A DNA stretch of 64,000 nt, taken from the IMG/VR virus record IMGVR_UViG_3300035181_001974; one strand, written 5' to 3'. Positions 42,701 to 53,184 of the stretch are shown here, piece after piece. The stretch comes from a virus. The notes under the pieces were generated by a model, which was not told the DNA's origin, did not search any database, and saw only the letters and a list, made by a program, of their open reading frames with translations. The position numbers were made by a program, and so were the translations under genes. The first letter of the stretch is position 1, and each line of letters starts with the position of its first letter.

Positions 42701-44042
42701 AGTATACCTGGCTCGACCTGGACTGCTCGGGTCGTTCATGGTCAGAAAATGGCGTGATGAATTGCTTGGGTTCATTGCCAATGAACGTGTCAGCATTTCC
42801 TTTGATGATGCTGCCAGTGACCTCCATGCTACCGAACAGGTTGATCCTGTCAGGTGCTCCTGGTTCAGAGTCAGCATAACGACGAGGAATTGTCGTCGGA
42901 TAGTCGACGACCACGCCGGGAACGTAGGTCAACGTTCGACGATCATCGAACGCACTCAAACGCGTGCCCAACCTGTCCCCGTCGCCAGTCCTGGCCGCCA
43001 GAGGATACGAGGTTCTTGCGTCACGCTGAGCGAGCTCTCTACGGGGCAGAATCTTGCGACGGTTCTGCGGCGGTGTGAACCGCATTACGCAGCCTTCACT
43101 GTTGAGACCGGGCCAGTGAAGTTCCGGCGTCAGGTTGACGGTGTACGGCACTGACGATAGGCCATCGACATACGTTGAATCGTACACGTAACCGCCCAAC
43201 CTGTACGGCGTGCGATCCTGGTCACGGTAACCCATCCCGACCGTGAAGTCGCGGAATCGCCAGTAACTCGGCGAATTGGGATCGTTGTTCAGGAAGACGC
43301 CGATGGTCGCAGACTCTAGGTGCACTGGGTCGGTCTTGTAGATGCCGATGCGCGTGTGGTAGCGATACTCGATGACGCCGTTTTCGTAGATGACAAGATC
43401 AAAGCGCAGCTTTGAACCTGCGAACGAAAAGTTGCTCAATGAGTTCCAACGAAATACCGTCGCCCGGATGCCTTCCTTCGTCGTGACATAGGCATACTTG
43501 ATGCCGTACTCGACGGCATTGTAACGCTCGTTCGGCAGATCAAGGCCACGCTGCTGATATAGCAGTTGCTGATCCGTGATCTGAGACGGAAAATCATCGC
43601 GGAAATCTTTTCCTGTCTTGTACAGGTTGCGAAGGTCGTCAAACCAGACACACAGCAACACGTGATTGGCAGTGGCGTTGAAAGGCGACCTGATCGAAGA
43701 GTTGTCGTAGGTGACAAACGTACAGTCACCGATGACTGTACCTGATATCGGGCTCGTGGCCGGATCGATCAACACGGCGACGCCGTTGGGGGTCACCTCA
43801 ATTTGAGTGTAGTCGATGCCGTCGAAGTGAAAGACAAATCCCAGGTCGAGATTGATCGACGGACCGTCATCAGCGCCAGGAGCCCCGCCCGTCGGTCCCG
43901 AGGTTGTCCAGCCCGGAACTTCCGTCATCGCAGAAGTTGCGATCGGATACAGGCCCACCTCAGGACTGACGATTCGATTGAGGGTGTAGTCCTCAAATCT
44001 GCGCTGAGGTGCTTTACGAAGTTGGGTCGATGAAGCCGGCAT
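39774..44042 (-). CDS. very large (1422 aa) virion structural protein (fibre/baseplate-associated)
   Basis: uninterrupted 4.3-kb ORF, translationally coupled to flanking structural genes. Confidence 0.5.
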   Translation of the reverse strand: MPASSTQLRKAPQRRFEDYTLNRIVSPEVGLYPIATSAMTEVPGWTTSGPTGGAPGADDGPSINLDLGFVFHFDGIDYTQIEVTPNGVAVLIDPATSPISGTVIGDCTFVTYDNSSIRSPFNATANHVLLCVWFDDLRNLYKTGKDFRDDFPSQITDQQLLYQQRGLDLPNERYNAVEYGIKYAYVTTKEGIRATVFRWNSLSNFSFAGSKLRFDLVIYENGVIEYRYHTRIGIYKTDPVHLESATIGVFLNNDPNSPSYWRFRDFTVGMGYRDQDRTPYRLGGYVYDSTYVDGLSSVPYTVNLTPELHWPGLNSEGCVMRFTPPQNRRKILPRRELAQRDARTSYPLAARTGDGDRLGTRLSAFDDRRTLTYVPGVVVDYPTTIPRRYADSEPGAPDRINLFGSMEVTGSIIKGNADTFIGNEPKQFITPFSDHERPEQSRSSQVYYATGSNVDIFGDNLKEPLSAKTQIKLELPIEYATWMFETTSSIYYYNVQSRGWYVPRNVVTNLGHGNYDLSDPLAALDYLVNPEDARGFGALGNSISSGSHNQNLGQQTDAVLGFSSPPPFNLNLDKLSSILSRQYPNSVQTNPKYLATSDEQFELPINHPFLIEKVIFEIPMTMGPGWFNDRTTTSVPITSAYNGGINFYTYDFAGPAITVSLFNQQQAGPNTYRDLITSGTVIPLGDNYANVKATKVYYYTGIGILPAWIFSPEGFVSYNATPSSVVRPDGDNYFTGSIEIPTIAGVSNGIIAEYTSIFADPDIESNRVNVLKWLTSPTVDVNSTTEIFEGGSGITVVKDVDPFGRAATGFNPSGRSVFGKEFVTTQTSINSRGQFKNPLFISASTTSSTSSLPQNYQNAINDPNFVAAVISAINVGSTYPSPYLVLPGDKLTLALSKMRPSIFTNGQDNLTSSLPVDYFTASLRHDVTLPTGTIKITLYGTLLRESRERHSTLNQPLSSDTIHETIGDDPVLDQYNVEYPGSYWGTYTDDYITGSMLSIVSSGGSRYFVTGSRGKVFQRLDARSQPAPASSPITSYEVQQNNSKSFRLQPWYERANRPIVTQLLSDSETYYDSMVPDLAQCLKASGNGIWILKNGDVPPAPFDSTKVKVGPTVGYLYFNNQVDSASETIESLANGVWTWSYPFEPRYSDIPRSIGMSKSLVAEREYSSGSNMISPITPHEIDTFYPIFVGTTPHVGFFEDYLHLALNQFAISWQIAADVDLRRSSPYYLTSSLSPDDMIRVMYGYGDINTMVPQKVTGSWPNVTPDYTSSSVAGCNNQPAWRDQEIAKGLYATYLVGPIIRGWKYGLYNGLPVKSHATFRRDRYGQNRDMLEQRPFTKYYQATDTADNKAGVLRSAVQVTFVDSQGRITPPENTWSQNLSTEATSSMPYFDGQAVNRPDPNPAALNQSIITFTSNVFGNLTV

Positions 44043-44974
44043 CAGTATGTCATGCCTCCGAAAGCGATCGAGTCGGTGCCGACCGCCGCCGCAGTATCAT
44101 AATCCCAACCCGTCGCCTGTGACCTCTGTTTGCTCGACACGTAGTTGTCGGTCGAGCCTGACATCAGTGACAACGCGGCATCCATGTCGCTGCCGCGTGA
44201 AGAAGAGGCTACATTTCTCGGATAACGCTCATCCTTGAAGGGTTTGAGGTAGACCTTGTCGTAGCGGAAGAAGCCCGTCGAGACGCCCATGGTCCCAAGC
44301 ATGTCGACGTCATCCAGGTACTCGACGATGCGTGATTCGGGATCAAAGTCATCAATGCCGACGATCTGACATGAGGCCCGCGATTGATCCTCGCTGCCAC
44401 CCATGAAAGAACCCTTGATGCTGTGACTCTCGAAGGGAATGTCCATCGAGTAGAAAGCAGCAGGTGCGCGGATCGCCAATGGTTCAATGACACCGTTGGT
44501 GTTGAACGACTCGAGTTGGTCAGAGTCGCCAGTAACGATCGGGAACGTCAGAATTTCCTTGTCAAGGTACGAAATGTGTTCTTGTGCCTCCAGGAAGCGC
44601 ACTGGGTTGAACAGGTCGAGGTCCCCGTAACGTGGGTCCGGGAAGAAGTTCTTGTCTTCACCAAAGTTGTTCTTGCGAAGCACGTGCCCGGGCTCACCAG
44701 CGTGAATCTTGACGAGACCAGCGTCAAAGTGTTTCATCTGTGTCAGCTCAACGCCCTGACGGTAACCGTCGATTTGCGACGTATCGTGGCCCTGCTGCAC
44801 AGCAGTGGCGATCGTGTCAATCTTATTGACAATCATGCCGTTAATCAAAACTGATGCGCTGAAGTATGTGTACTCGTACTTGACGTTGGACTTAGCAGTG
44901 ACGAGAGGTCCCTCATCGAACCAATCGGGCTCCTGAAAGCCTGGATTTCGGAAGAAGTTCAGGTTGACGCCCAT
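44042..44974 (-). CDS. baseplate/tail structural protein
   Basis: 310-aa ORF with 1-nt and 3-nt junctions to neighbours. Confidence 0.45.
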   Translation of the reverse strand: MGVNLNFFRNPGFQEPDWFDEGPLVTAKSNVKYEYTYFSASVLINGMIVNKIDTIATAVQQGHDTSQIDGYRQGVELTQMKHFDAGLVKIHAGEPGHVLRKNNFGEDKNFFPDPRYGDLDLFNPVRFLEAQEHISYLDKEILTFPIVTGDSDQLESFNTNGVIEPLAIRAPAAFYSMDIPFESHSIKGSFMGGSEDQSRASCQIVGIDDFDPESRIVEYLDDVDMLGTMGVSTGFFRYDKVYLKPFKDERYPRNVASSSRGSDMDAALSLMSGSTDNYVSSKQRSQATGWDYDTAAAVGTDSIAFGGMTY

Positions 44975-44975
44975 T

Positions 44976-47900
44976 TTAGTATTTCCTTATGATGCCGGTC
45001 ACTTGCTGCACCAGCAACACGTCGCGGATGCGGCTGCGGTCTTCTTCGCCGAGATAAATCTCGGAGGAGAGGTGTTCCAACTTTGCACGCTCCAACATGT
45101 GCGACTCGATGGTGAAGTTGGTCCCCTTGAACCGCGTCTTGCGGGGAATCAATTGCTCGATGAAGGTTCCCAGCGTCTTGTCGAACCACCTGAAGAACTC
45201 GAAGAAGTCCTGAAAGTTCAGCCTACGGGTGATCCTGTTGAAGTATACGTTACGCAGGTGATCGAGGTTCGGGTAATCAGGTGAATACACCAGCTCCGGT
45301 GCGCCCAAAGCGTTGTCCAGTGCATCGAAGGTGGAAAACAGAGTGACGATGTCGCGGTTCAAGGCGTCGACCAGTGAAAACTCAATGCTCAGCCGCGTGT
45401 CGTCGGTCGGGCGCTCGCTCCTGACGATCTCGTGAACGGGTGCCACCGATGCCCAAGGAGTTGCGTCAACCAGGTCTTGATTCTGGTAGCCTCGAACGCG
45501 GATCTTCTCGTCTGTTGCTGCCTCGTCAAAGTAAGGCGACAGGTAGGAGTGATCAAAGATCTCGCCCACCACCGAATTGACGCCCGGTGGAAAACCAGAT
45601 CCTGTCAAGTGAAGGCCATTGAGCGAGAAGTCGATGAAGGTGATGCTGCCCGAGATTCCCATTGAGCTCGTCACCGCCGCGCGATCCACCTGTTTCTGCA
45701 GTGCATCAATGCGGACGCGGTTCCAGGAGCCCGTGCTCGTCTGGTTAAAGTTGTAGTTGACCAGCGGGTTCTCAACGCCCAGTGACTTGTAGTTTCGAGT
45801 GTGCTCACGGAACTCTGCGTCGGACACGGCCTTTGACCAGAATCGAAGGTTAGACGCACGACCAGTAAATGCCGTCGTCCGGGCCTCCTCAGGGACTGCT
45901 AGAATATCTGCCAAAAACAGACTGCTGGATACTGAAGCCTGGTTTTCGCCAATTGCTAGGTAGCTGCCAGACGGTGCCTCGAGCGTGATGGCTTGCCAGA
46001 CATTTGCTTCTCCAGCAGGATTCTCGAGGAAGAAGCTGCTGGTGCTGGCGAACCAAGTGACATCACCATCGTTCTGTGTGGCAACGCGGAGGAAGTAGCT
46101 CGAGGAAACGTTAGACTTCACCTCGTCGTTGCGGTAGCGACCGAACGAGATGTTCCAACGATCGTAATTGAAGATGCCGCCTGGTGGCAGATCGATCTCC
46201 ATGCGCAGCAGCGGTGACGTCGATGCATTGCCAGGACGTACGTAGAGCAGGACCTTGGGATCAAATGACGACGAGATTGCCAGCAGGTTGGCCACAAAGC
46301 TACCTGACGTGCCCGGAGCGTCACCGACCGCGAGGCGAGCCAACGACTGTGTCGCAGACGTCATCAGTGCAATGTTCTGAGGTGTGAACTTGAAAATGCC
46401 CTCAACGGTCCACGAGCCGCTCGTCAGCAGCCCATCGTTCTGATTCTGCGAAATGCCATGCGGCGGGTAGAGGTCCTGCTGAACCATCGAGCCCGCGGGT
46501 TTGGGAAATCCGACCTCAACACGTGATGCTGAAAGAAAGGGAGACGTTGCCAATGATGAGGTGACGAACTGCACCATGGCGCCAGAATCGAACTTGCGTT
46601 CACGGGAGAATGACAGTGGGCGTTCAGTGGGCCCGCCGTACTCGCGGATCCGCAGCGAGTTCTCGGGGTCGATGCCCATGGCGCGGAGGAATGACTTGAT
46701 CGCGTGCTGCGTGCCCTTTGACCTGACGACTTGGGGCATGTTGATCAACACGCGGCGCAGTAGCTCGTTCTGAACAACCTTCAACGGAAATGCGGAAGTC
46801 GCGATCTCGTAGCCTACGTTCTCGGCGTTGACGTATTGGTCAATCGTCGCACCGCCGAAGAGGGGAGGCAGGTGGAACCCGTATGCACGGACAAAGTCAT
46901 ACAAGAAGTTGTTGGGAGAGTTATCGTGACCCGTGTAGTCAAGGTAGCGCAGGGCGCTGAACGAATCGAGGTACAGCTTCATCTCATCGAAGAAGCGTGC
47001 CCAGATGTAAAGGAACGACAGGACGATCTGCTGCGACGAGGCCTTGCTTTGGCCCGGCATGCCCGTGCCCCCGTAGGGCGCCAGTGGTTCTGTCCAGTCG
47101 ACAGTTCCATCCTGTGCATCGCCCTCGAGGAGGTAATGCTGTGGAACCAGCCTGGTGATCAAATTTGGATTGTGCTTGTCGTATTCAGACGCAGACGCCA
47201 GAAGTTGGGTGTTTAGGTTGACTGTCGTTGGATAGGCCGGGAACAAGACGGGGTACGTCTCTGGCTTCTCATAGATCATCAAGCTCGCAGGATCCTGACT
47301 AGCGTCATGCCTCAACGTGGGCTCGAAATTTGTGATCAAAGCATGCAACGAGTTGCCGCTCGAATCTAGAACAATGGCATTGACCGGGTCGTTGGGATCA
47401 GGCGTCAGCGGAGGAGGTGGCTCATTGAAACGGTAGTAGAGCTTCAGGTCAGGCGTTGCGTAGATCGCCTTCTTGGCATAGAGCTCCTGTTGATTGACTG
47501 TCCGAGCCGAGTGAAAGACACGCAGCTCATCAAGAGAACCGCTGAACGTCGTCTTGGGAATGACGTCAGTGGCACCCAACGAGATCATGGTGCCCGTTCC
47601 GATCAGCACGTCAGAGGCGTCGATGTCGAGCTCTCCGATGTTACTGCTCATACGTGAGCGTTCCTGCAACACCTCATCGACGTAGAAGTCGACGAAGTCG
47701 GTGGTCGACTCGCGGTTCAACGTCACGCAGACGTGATTGAAGCAACCCTTGCGGAGGGTTGCAGCTGCTGTGACATAGCTGCTGCCAGAGACGACAGCAA
47801 ATCGTGCCACACATGAACCCGTCGAGATTGACTTCTCAAGGTACAGCGACAGGCCTTGCTGCGAACCCGACAACTTCTGAAAAATTGTCGAGACGCTATT

Positions 47901-48449
47901 TGTCTTAGGCGGCAGGAAAACGTTGAGCTCTAGGGTGAACGAGACGCCATCCTTGGGATTGATGACGCCTTCACCCGACTTTTTCTTGGAGATTTCTGGG
48001 TACAACGCGCCAGCGAAATCGTTGAGCTTGATCCAGCTGCCCAACGTTCCGTCGACGTCCTCTCCGTACTGCGTACCTGAGAACATCAACTGGCCCTTGA
48101 ACTTCGGAAACTGATCGAAGACCCACCTATCAAAGCCCGTCAGACGCTCAAAGAAGGCTTCGATCTCGGCCCGAGAACCGTCGAACGGGTAACCGTTGAT
48201 GACCTGGTCAAACGCTAGATTGACCTTTGCCTCGGCCGACGAGAAAAAGGTGTGATTCTCGAACTTCGACCAGTCGATGTTGAGCTGCTGCGTGTTCTTC
48301 AGCGGCGCATTCGTCGGATCATAGAGAAATGACGAGGTACTCTGTATGTTGGTATGCTTCACCTCGCTGAACGTCAACTGAACGGGTTTGTTGTCCTCGA
48401 GCGCTGACCTCAGGAAAGAGGGAATGTAGGGTGAAGCTGTGTTCGGCAT
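44976..48449 (-). CDS. large (1157 aa) baseplate/tail structural protein
   Basis: 3.5-kb ORF in structural operon. Confidence 0.5.
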   Translation of the reverse strand: MPNTASPYIPSFLRSALEDNKPVQLTFSEVKHTNIQSTSSFLYDPTNAPLKNTQQLNIDWSKFENHTFFSSAEAKVNLAFDQVINGYPFDGSRAEIEAFFERLTGFDRWVFDQFPKFKGQLMFSGTQYGEDVDGTLGSWIKLNDFAGALYPEISKKKSGEGVINPKDGVSFTLELNVFLPPKTNSVSTIFQKLSGSQQGLSLYLEKSISTGSCVARFAVVSGSSYVTAAATLRKGCFNHVCVTLNRESTTDFVDFYVDEVLQERSRMSSNIGELDIDASDVLIGTGTMISLGATDVIPKTTFSGSLDELRVFHSARTVNQQELYAKKAIYATPDLKLYYRFNEPPPPLTPDPNDPVNAIVLDSSGNSLHALITNFEPTLRHDASQDPASLMIYEKPETYPVLFPAYPTTVNLNTQLLASASEYDKHNPNLITRLVPQHYLLEGDAQDGTVDWTEPLAPYGGTGMPGQSKASSQQIVLSFLYIWARFFDEMKLYLDSFSALRYLDYTGHDNSPNNFLYDFVRAYGFHLPPLFGGATIDQYVNAENVGYEIATSAFPLKVVQNELLRRVLINMPQVVRSKGTQHAIKSFLRAMGIDPENSLRIREYGGPTERPLSFSRERKFDSGAMVQFVTSSLATSPFLSASRVEVGFPKPAGSMVQQDLYPPHGISQNQNDGLLTSGSWTVEGIFKFTPQNIALMTSATQSLARLAVGDAPGTSGSFVANLLAISSSFDPKVLLYVRPGNASTSPLLRMEIDLPPGGIFNYDRWNISFGRYRNDEVKSNVSSSYFLRVATQNDGDVTWFASTSSFFLENPAGEANVWQAITLEAPSGSYLAIGENQASVSSSLFLADILAVPEEARTTAFTGRASNLRFWSKAVSDAEFREHTRNYKSLGVENPLVNYNFNQTSTGSWNRVRIDALQKQVDRAAVTSSMGISGSITFIDFSLNGLHLTGSGFPPGVNSVVGEIFDHSYLSPYFDEAATDEKIRVRGYQNQDLVDATPWASVAPVHEIVRSERPTDDTRLSIEFSLVDALNRDIVTLFSTFDALDNALGAPELVYSPDYPNLDHLRNVYFNRITRRLNFQDFFEFFRWFDKTLGTFIEQLIPRKTRFKGTNFTIESHMLERAKLEHLSSEIYLGEEDRSRIRDVLLVQQVTGIIRKY

Positions 48450-48464
48450 GCTGGCGACTCGAAC

Positions 48465-49964
48465 TTACTGTACTGGGTTGACTTTGAAAACTCCGGACGC
48501 TGCTGGGTGCCGCTGCTGCGTGCCTCCCACGATGACCATGACGTCGACGACGTAGCTGCGCCCAGGGTCCAGATTGCTCATGTCCAGTGCGAAGTACATG
48601 CCAGAACCGTCGGACGACAACCGCGTCGATCCCTTTGAAGTATCGTACGGGATGACGACCCTGTCAGTTGCAACATCGCGAACTGAATAGAAGGCATCGG
48701 AGGCCACGCCCTGCAGACCACCAGGCGATTCGACTGGAATCTTGACCGCTGTGATGCGAGGAGAGGTGTAGTCGAACAGGTTGACGCGGCAGGCCACGAT
48801 CTCGTCTGCATCGTGCTCAGAGTTCAAACCGTTGACAGTGACGACAAAGTGTTTGGGTGCCAGGTTTCTCGAACCACGCGTAGGTGGATAGACTGTGATG
48901 GCAGATGATGCAGTCAAGAACGCCAGCGTGCCATCGAGTGAACCCCAGATCGGTGTCAAGTTGATGCTCGAGCCAGAGGCAACCATCGCCGCTGCGATTA
49001 CAGGATCTGATGATGGGATGAAGACGTTGACATCATACTCACCGACAACAGGATTTACGCCAGCACTGTGTTGGCTGCCCGTGAACACCAGCTCATAGAC
49101 GCCGCCCGAGACGGGCAGTTGCAGCTTCACGATCAGACAATTGGAGCCAGTGACCGGTGAGCTGCCTGACATCAGGTTGGCAGGCCTTCCCTTGTCATAG
49201 TTCCACATGAACAGGTTGCTGTTAGAATCCAACGTCAATCCCTCGGAATCATCGCGGATTGAGTCATCGAATCCTACAAGTAGCCGCGGCCGCTTCGAGT
49301 CGTCGTAGGCGTGCCGTGAAGCAAACCTCTTGACGAAGCGGGTGTATTCATCATTTTCTTCGGCTGCAGTGAATGCGATGCGGAATCCAGCATCTGGAAC
49401 TGTTCCCGACAGGATACCTTTGATGATAGGAGTGACGTCGACCAGCAGGTCCTCTTCGCCCGTGACGAATGACTGTGTGGCCTCGAGATCTGTGAAGTAG
49501 TCACAGGGTCCGGGCAGCGTACCAGAGGCTGTGCAACCAGCTCCCAACCATGGGTTACCGCGTGAGGCTGTCAAGAAGTTACATTCGTCGTAGTCACTGT
49601 AGTAGACCACGTCTTTGCCACGACCTTCATCAAACGACTGCGACAACGGTGTTACCGACAAGGTGAAGTTGTCGGGCGTCGGTTGGCCACCGTAAACGTC
49701 GAACAGGTGAAGTTTGGCCCAAAAGCTGCTGTCAGTTGGATCAATTGAACCTGCGGTGACGGCCTGTTTGAGGGCCGTCAGGTCGAAGTGAACCAGCAAC
49801 CTCGACAACTCTGTATTGGGAACGCTGCCTGACGAGGTCGCGCCATACAGCTTGAAGACATCGAGGGTGCCAGCGATGCCAGTGTTTGACCCGTAGGCCC
49901 GAACACCCTTGACCACGCGATCATTGATGTAGGCATCTTTGTCAGCGCGCAGTGACTTGAACAT
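48465..49964 (-). CDS. baseplate structural protein
   Basis: 499-aa ORF; ATGA-type overlap with the gp6-like gene. Confidence 0.45.
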   Translation of the reverse strand: MFKSLRADKDAYINDRVVKGVRAYGSNTGIAGTLDVFKLYGATSSGSVPNTELSRLLVHFDLTALKQAVTAGSIDPTDSSFWAKLHLFDVYGGQPTPDNFTLSVTPLSQSFDEGRGKDVVYYSDYDECNFLTASRGNPWLGAGCTASGTLPGPCDYFTDLEATQSFVTGEEDLLVDVTPIIKGILSGTVPDAGFRIAFTAAEENDEYTRFVKRFASRHAYDDSKRPRLLVGFDDSIRDDSEGLTLDSNSNLFMWNYDKGRPANLMSGSSPVTGSNCLIVKLQLPVSGGVYELVFTGSQHSAGVNPVVGEYDVNVFIPSSDPVIAAAMVASGSSINLTPIWGSLDGTLAFLTASSAITVYPPTRGSRNLAPKHFVVTVNGLNSEHDADEIVACRVNLFDYTSPRITAVKIPVESPGGLQGVASDAFYSVRDVATDRVVIPYDTSKGSTRLSSDGSGMYFALDMSNLDPGRSYVVDVMVIVGGTQQRHPAASGVFKVNPVQ

Positions 49965-51805
49965 CAGACCACCTTACCCAGAATGTCGACTTCGGGGTAA
50001 CGTACCTCGAAGATTCCGCCAGGAGGCGGCAAAATGATTCCCCTAACCGTGTTGCTGGCCACGTCAAAGGTGTCGTTGCTGTAAGTTCGGTTGTTGACGG
50101 TGCCCGTGATGCTGTTGAACTGCACGCGGTCGACCGCAACGATGCCAGAAACCGAGAAGATCGTGTTGACGATGTCAGAGACGATCAAAGGCTGATCGAT
50201 GTGGTAGTTCTTGATGTTGAACGTCGACTGCAACTTGGTCAGGACGTTTTGCAGCACCGTGCTCTTGTTCAAGGCAGGATCAACGACGACCTCAAAGTCC
50301 AACGTCAAGTTGATGATCCGAGCATCCAGGATGTCGATGGCGTCTGAGATCATCCTGTAGGGATTCAAATACTTCTGCAGGTTGGTCTTCAGAGTGTCAG
50401 GCGACGTGATTAGCTTCTGTTCTGGTGACCGCGAGACGATGAACAGCTGCGTGGCCAGTGGGTTGTTCGAATTCGACTTGACAGATGCGCGAAAGACGCG
50501 ACCGAAGTTGGATGGAATCGTGTAGACTCGAGCGACCAGATCCTCACGGGAAACGATGCGCTCTTGGCTGTTCCTGACCGACGGGATCAAGGCCTTCAGG
50601 TCGTCCGCCGAGGGCGCGTCCTCACCGCCAGATGCTTGGATCAGGTTGGCACACTCCATCGTGTTGCGGACCTGCGCCGCGATGGCAGCAGGCGGATTGC
50701 CGGGAAAAAAGAGGTTGGCGATCTTGATCGTCTTGATGCTACCTGCAGAGACGTTGTGATTCAGGCCGCCGCCGTAGCGATAGTCGACGGTCACTGTCGT
50801 GTTGACAGCAGCCACGCCCAGAGTTTTGGTCTGCAGCAACTGCTGCGGATTGACTGAAATCCGCGAGAAGGTGCGAGAGTACGGAAACGAGATCGCAAAC
50901 TCTGAGGGATCGGGAATGACGTCGTCTTCTAGACTGTCAGCGCTGCCGCCGCCGAACGTTAGCACTGTGCGCCGTGTTGCCAAATCGACGTCAGAGGTGT
51001 ACCTGTAAGGCGCCGGAATGACCTTGATCGATTCTGGTACGATGTCATTGTCACTGGCGGTGTTCAGGACGTTGCGGTAAACGACATCGTGGCTCAGGGC
51101 CGAGACCTGGTAGTAGATGTTGCCCAGCGTGTCTGTGACGTTGATAATGTCAGTGACGTTAGCGTTGCTCAACGTCAACTGCCTAAACGGGACAAACGCT
51201 TGACTGATCGGAAAGGCGTCCTGTCCAACCTTGCCTGAAACGCAGAGGCCTGTTTGGGCCATGATGAAAGTTCGAGGCACGCCGGCCGGAGACTTGTTTC
51301 CCACTTTGACGGTGGCCTTGAGTGATCCATCGGCGCGTCGCGCGCCGAAGTCGATGTCCTCGAGGAGGATGAACTCAGTTCCGTTATCAGCGGTGAAGAT
51401 CGTGTTCATCTGCATCACCGGGATGCAGTCGGGCCGCGGGCCGATTGAGTTGCCGATGGCGGCAGCCGGAACCTGGATATAGACTGTGACAGGAACCAAC
51501 GCGGGTGCTGCTCCAGTGATCGGGACGCCTGCTGTTCTGAGGTGACGCTGAATGTTGTTTGTCTCGACTGCAGTCTCGGGATTCAGTTCCGAGTACTGGT
51601 GATCGAGGTAGAACGACATGTTGTCGCCCACGTAGGCCGCCATGTCAAGGAACAAGCCACCCAGTGACGCCTCTGAAAAGTCACGCAACCTGTCAGGGTA
51701 GTACAACCGAGCGTACTCCAACAGCTGCGCGCGCAGACTGTCAAAGTCTTTGCCCAAATACTTCCGTTGCCTGACAGGCACGATGTCGTCACGCTTTAGC
51801 GCCAT
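49964..51805 (-). CDS. baseplate wedge protein, gp6 / Baseplate_J-like
   Basis: 613 aa, lies immediately upstream of the gp25-like gene as in T4-like and Mu-like baseplate modules. Confidence 0.5.
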   Translation of the reverse strand: MALKRDDIVPVRQRKYLGKDFDSLRAQLLEYARLYYPDRLRDFSEASLGGLFLDMAAYVGDNMSFYLDHQYSELNPETAVETNNIQRHLRTAGVPITGAAPALVPVTVYIQVPAAAIGNSIGPRPDCIPVMQMNTIFTADNGTEFILLEDIDFGARRADGSLKATVKVGNKSPAGVPRTFIMAQTGLCVSGKVGQDAFPISQAFVPFRQLTLSNANVTDIINVTDTLGNIYYQVSALSHDVVYRNVLNTASDNDIVPESIKVIPAPYRYTSDVDLATRRTVLTFGGGSADSLEDDVIPDPSEFAISFPYSRTFSRISVNPQQLLQTKTLGVAAVNTTVTVDYRYGGGLNHNVSAGSIKTIKIANLFFPGNPPAAIAAQVRNTMECANLIQASGGEDAPSADDLKALIPSVRNSQERIVSREDLVARVYTIPSNFGRVFRASVKSNSNNPLATQLFIVSRSPEQKLITSPDTLKTNLQKYLNPYRMISDAIDILDARIINLTLDFEVVVDPALNKSTVLQNVLTKLQSTFNIKNYHIDQPLIVSDIVNTIFSVSGIVAVDRVQFNSITGTVNNRTYSNDTFDVASNTVRGIILPPPGGIFEVRYPEVDILGKVV

Positions 51806-51854
51806 TGGTTCACCGTCAACCGTAAGTATCGTATCCTAACGCGTGGGCTACCGC

Positions 51855-52328
51855 TCACATCGCGTAGAGATTGATCTCAAGCAGTTTATTGACGATGTTC
51901 AACGTTGGGACGCTGTAGGTGATCTTGATGTTAACGTGAGCAGTGTTCTTGTTGTCAGTGCGATCCGTGTTGGACAGGTAGTTCTCGAGGGAGACGTAGG
52001 GCATCCACCGCGAGACCGCGTTGGAGATTCTGTCAATCGCCTTGCCGTCGAAATCATCGAGTGAGACGAACTCTGCCATCAGAGGTCGCAAGTTCCCACC
52101 AAAATCGTAGAGGCCCAAGCGCTCGCCCCAGTTGGTCAACAACAGGTTGCGCAGGTTATCGTGTACAGTGTCAGCCAGATTGTCGTAGGTGGCCACGATC
52201 TCGGTCCCGTCGCCTTCGTTCAATTGTAGAGGCGTTCGGATGCCAATGGGCGTCTTGCTGCTCTCGAGTGTCTCGACGAGCTTTTGCTCTTGCGTCTTGC
52301 CAGAGCTCTTGAATGAATACACGGCCAT
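51855..52328 (-). CDS. baseplate wedge protein, gp25 / GPW-like
   Basis: 157 aa; motif TNWGERLGLYDFGGNLRPLM matches the gp25 GERxxxPxFG signature. Confidence 0.7.
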   Translation of the reverse strand: MAVYSFKSSGKTQEQKLVETLESSKTPIGIRTPLQLNEGDGTEIVATYDNLADTVHDNLRNLLLTNWGERLGLYDFGGNLRPLMAEFVSLDDFDGKAIDRISNAVSRWMPYVSLENYLSNTDRTDNKNTAHVNIKITYSVPTLNIVNKLLEINLYAM

Positions 52329-52344
52329 GATCTATCTACCATCC

Positions 52345-53184
52345 TCAAGCCGCCGGAGGCGTCTCTCCGTTTGACCGAGCCACGGCACCCACCATCCCAC
52401 CGGGCGCAGCACCCAATGTTGATCCGATGGCGGCATAGACGATGCAATTTGCAGTCTTACGCAGTAGAACCAACGCAACAGTTGCCATCATTGTCGGCAT
52501 GGGCGTCAGCTTGAAGGCCGGATTACCCAGGACGAGCGGGCCCAATGCGTCGGTAAATGCCTTGCAGAGTCCCATCTTGGGAAATTGTAGGATGGCCGTC
52601 GGAATACTAAGCGTGAAATTCAGGAAGACTTCGGGCAGCTTCGGGACAAGGTCGAACACCGCCGTCAGGGTAAACGATAGCCTGGAATCATCAATCTGAG
52701 GCAGCTCGAACTTTGGCATCGGGATAGCAGGCGACACCGGAGGCGGGAACTGGATGTCCAGCGAGGGCAACTTTGCCACGATTTCTGGAAGGGCTAGTTT
52801 AGCAGCGATCTTGGGCGACCATGCTGGAATATCGGGAGGCAGTGACACGTCAATGTCAAAGTCGATTCCCAGCTTGAGGCCGAGCGCGATCGGATCAACG
52901 ACGGGTAGAAACTTGAAGTCGCTATCAAGGTTCAGGCCTCTTGCGATCGACTCGTAGAGGTTGAAGACGTATCGGTGGAACTCTGGGAACTTCGAGGCAT
53001 CTTCGAGAGGAATCGAGTCAGATCCAGGCGTGGGTGGCACTTCAAAACACAGCAACTTGCCATCATCGATGCCAGTGACGCCATTGACGAGAATGCTCTT
53101 GACCTCCTTGATGAAGGAGTCCTTTGCAGATTGCGTCAGTTTTTCCTTTGCGTCGAGGATGCCTGCCGCTTCCTGTGACTTCAT
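52345..53184 (-). CDS. baseplate component (start set at internal Met to avoid 130-nt overlap)
   Basis: track ORF 52345..53310; Met at FDEMKSQEA gives an ATGA junction with the upstream gene. Confidence 0.4.
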   Translation of the reverse strand: MKSQEAAGILDAKEKLTQSAKDSFIKEVKSILVNGVTGIDDGKLLCFEVPPTPGSDSIPLEDASKFPEFHRYVFNLYESIARGLNLDSDFKFLPVVDPIALGLKLGIDFDIDVSLPPDIPAWSPKIAAKLALPEIVAKLPSLDIQFPPPVSPAIPMPKFELPQIDDSRLSFTLTAVFDLVPKLPEVFLNFTLSIPTAILQFPKMGLCKAFTDALGPLVLGNPAFKLTPMPTMMATVALVLLRKTANCIVYAAIGSTLGAAPGGMVGAVARSNGETPPAA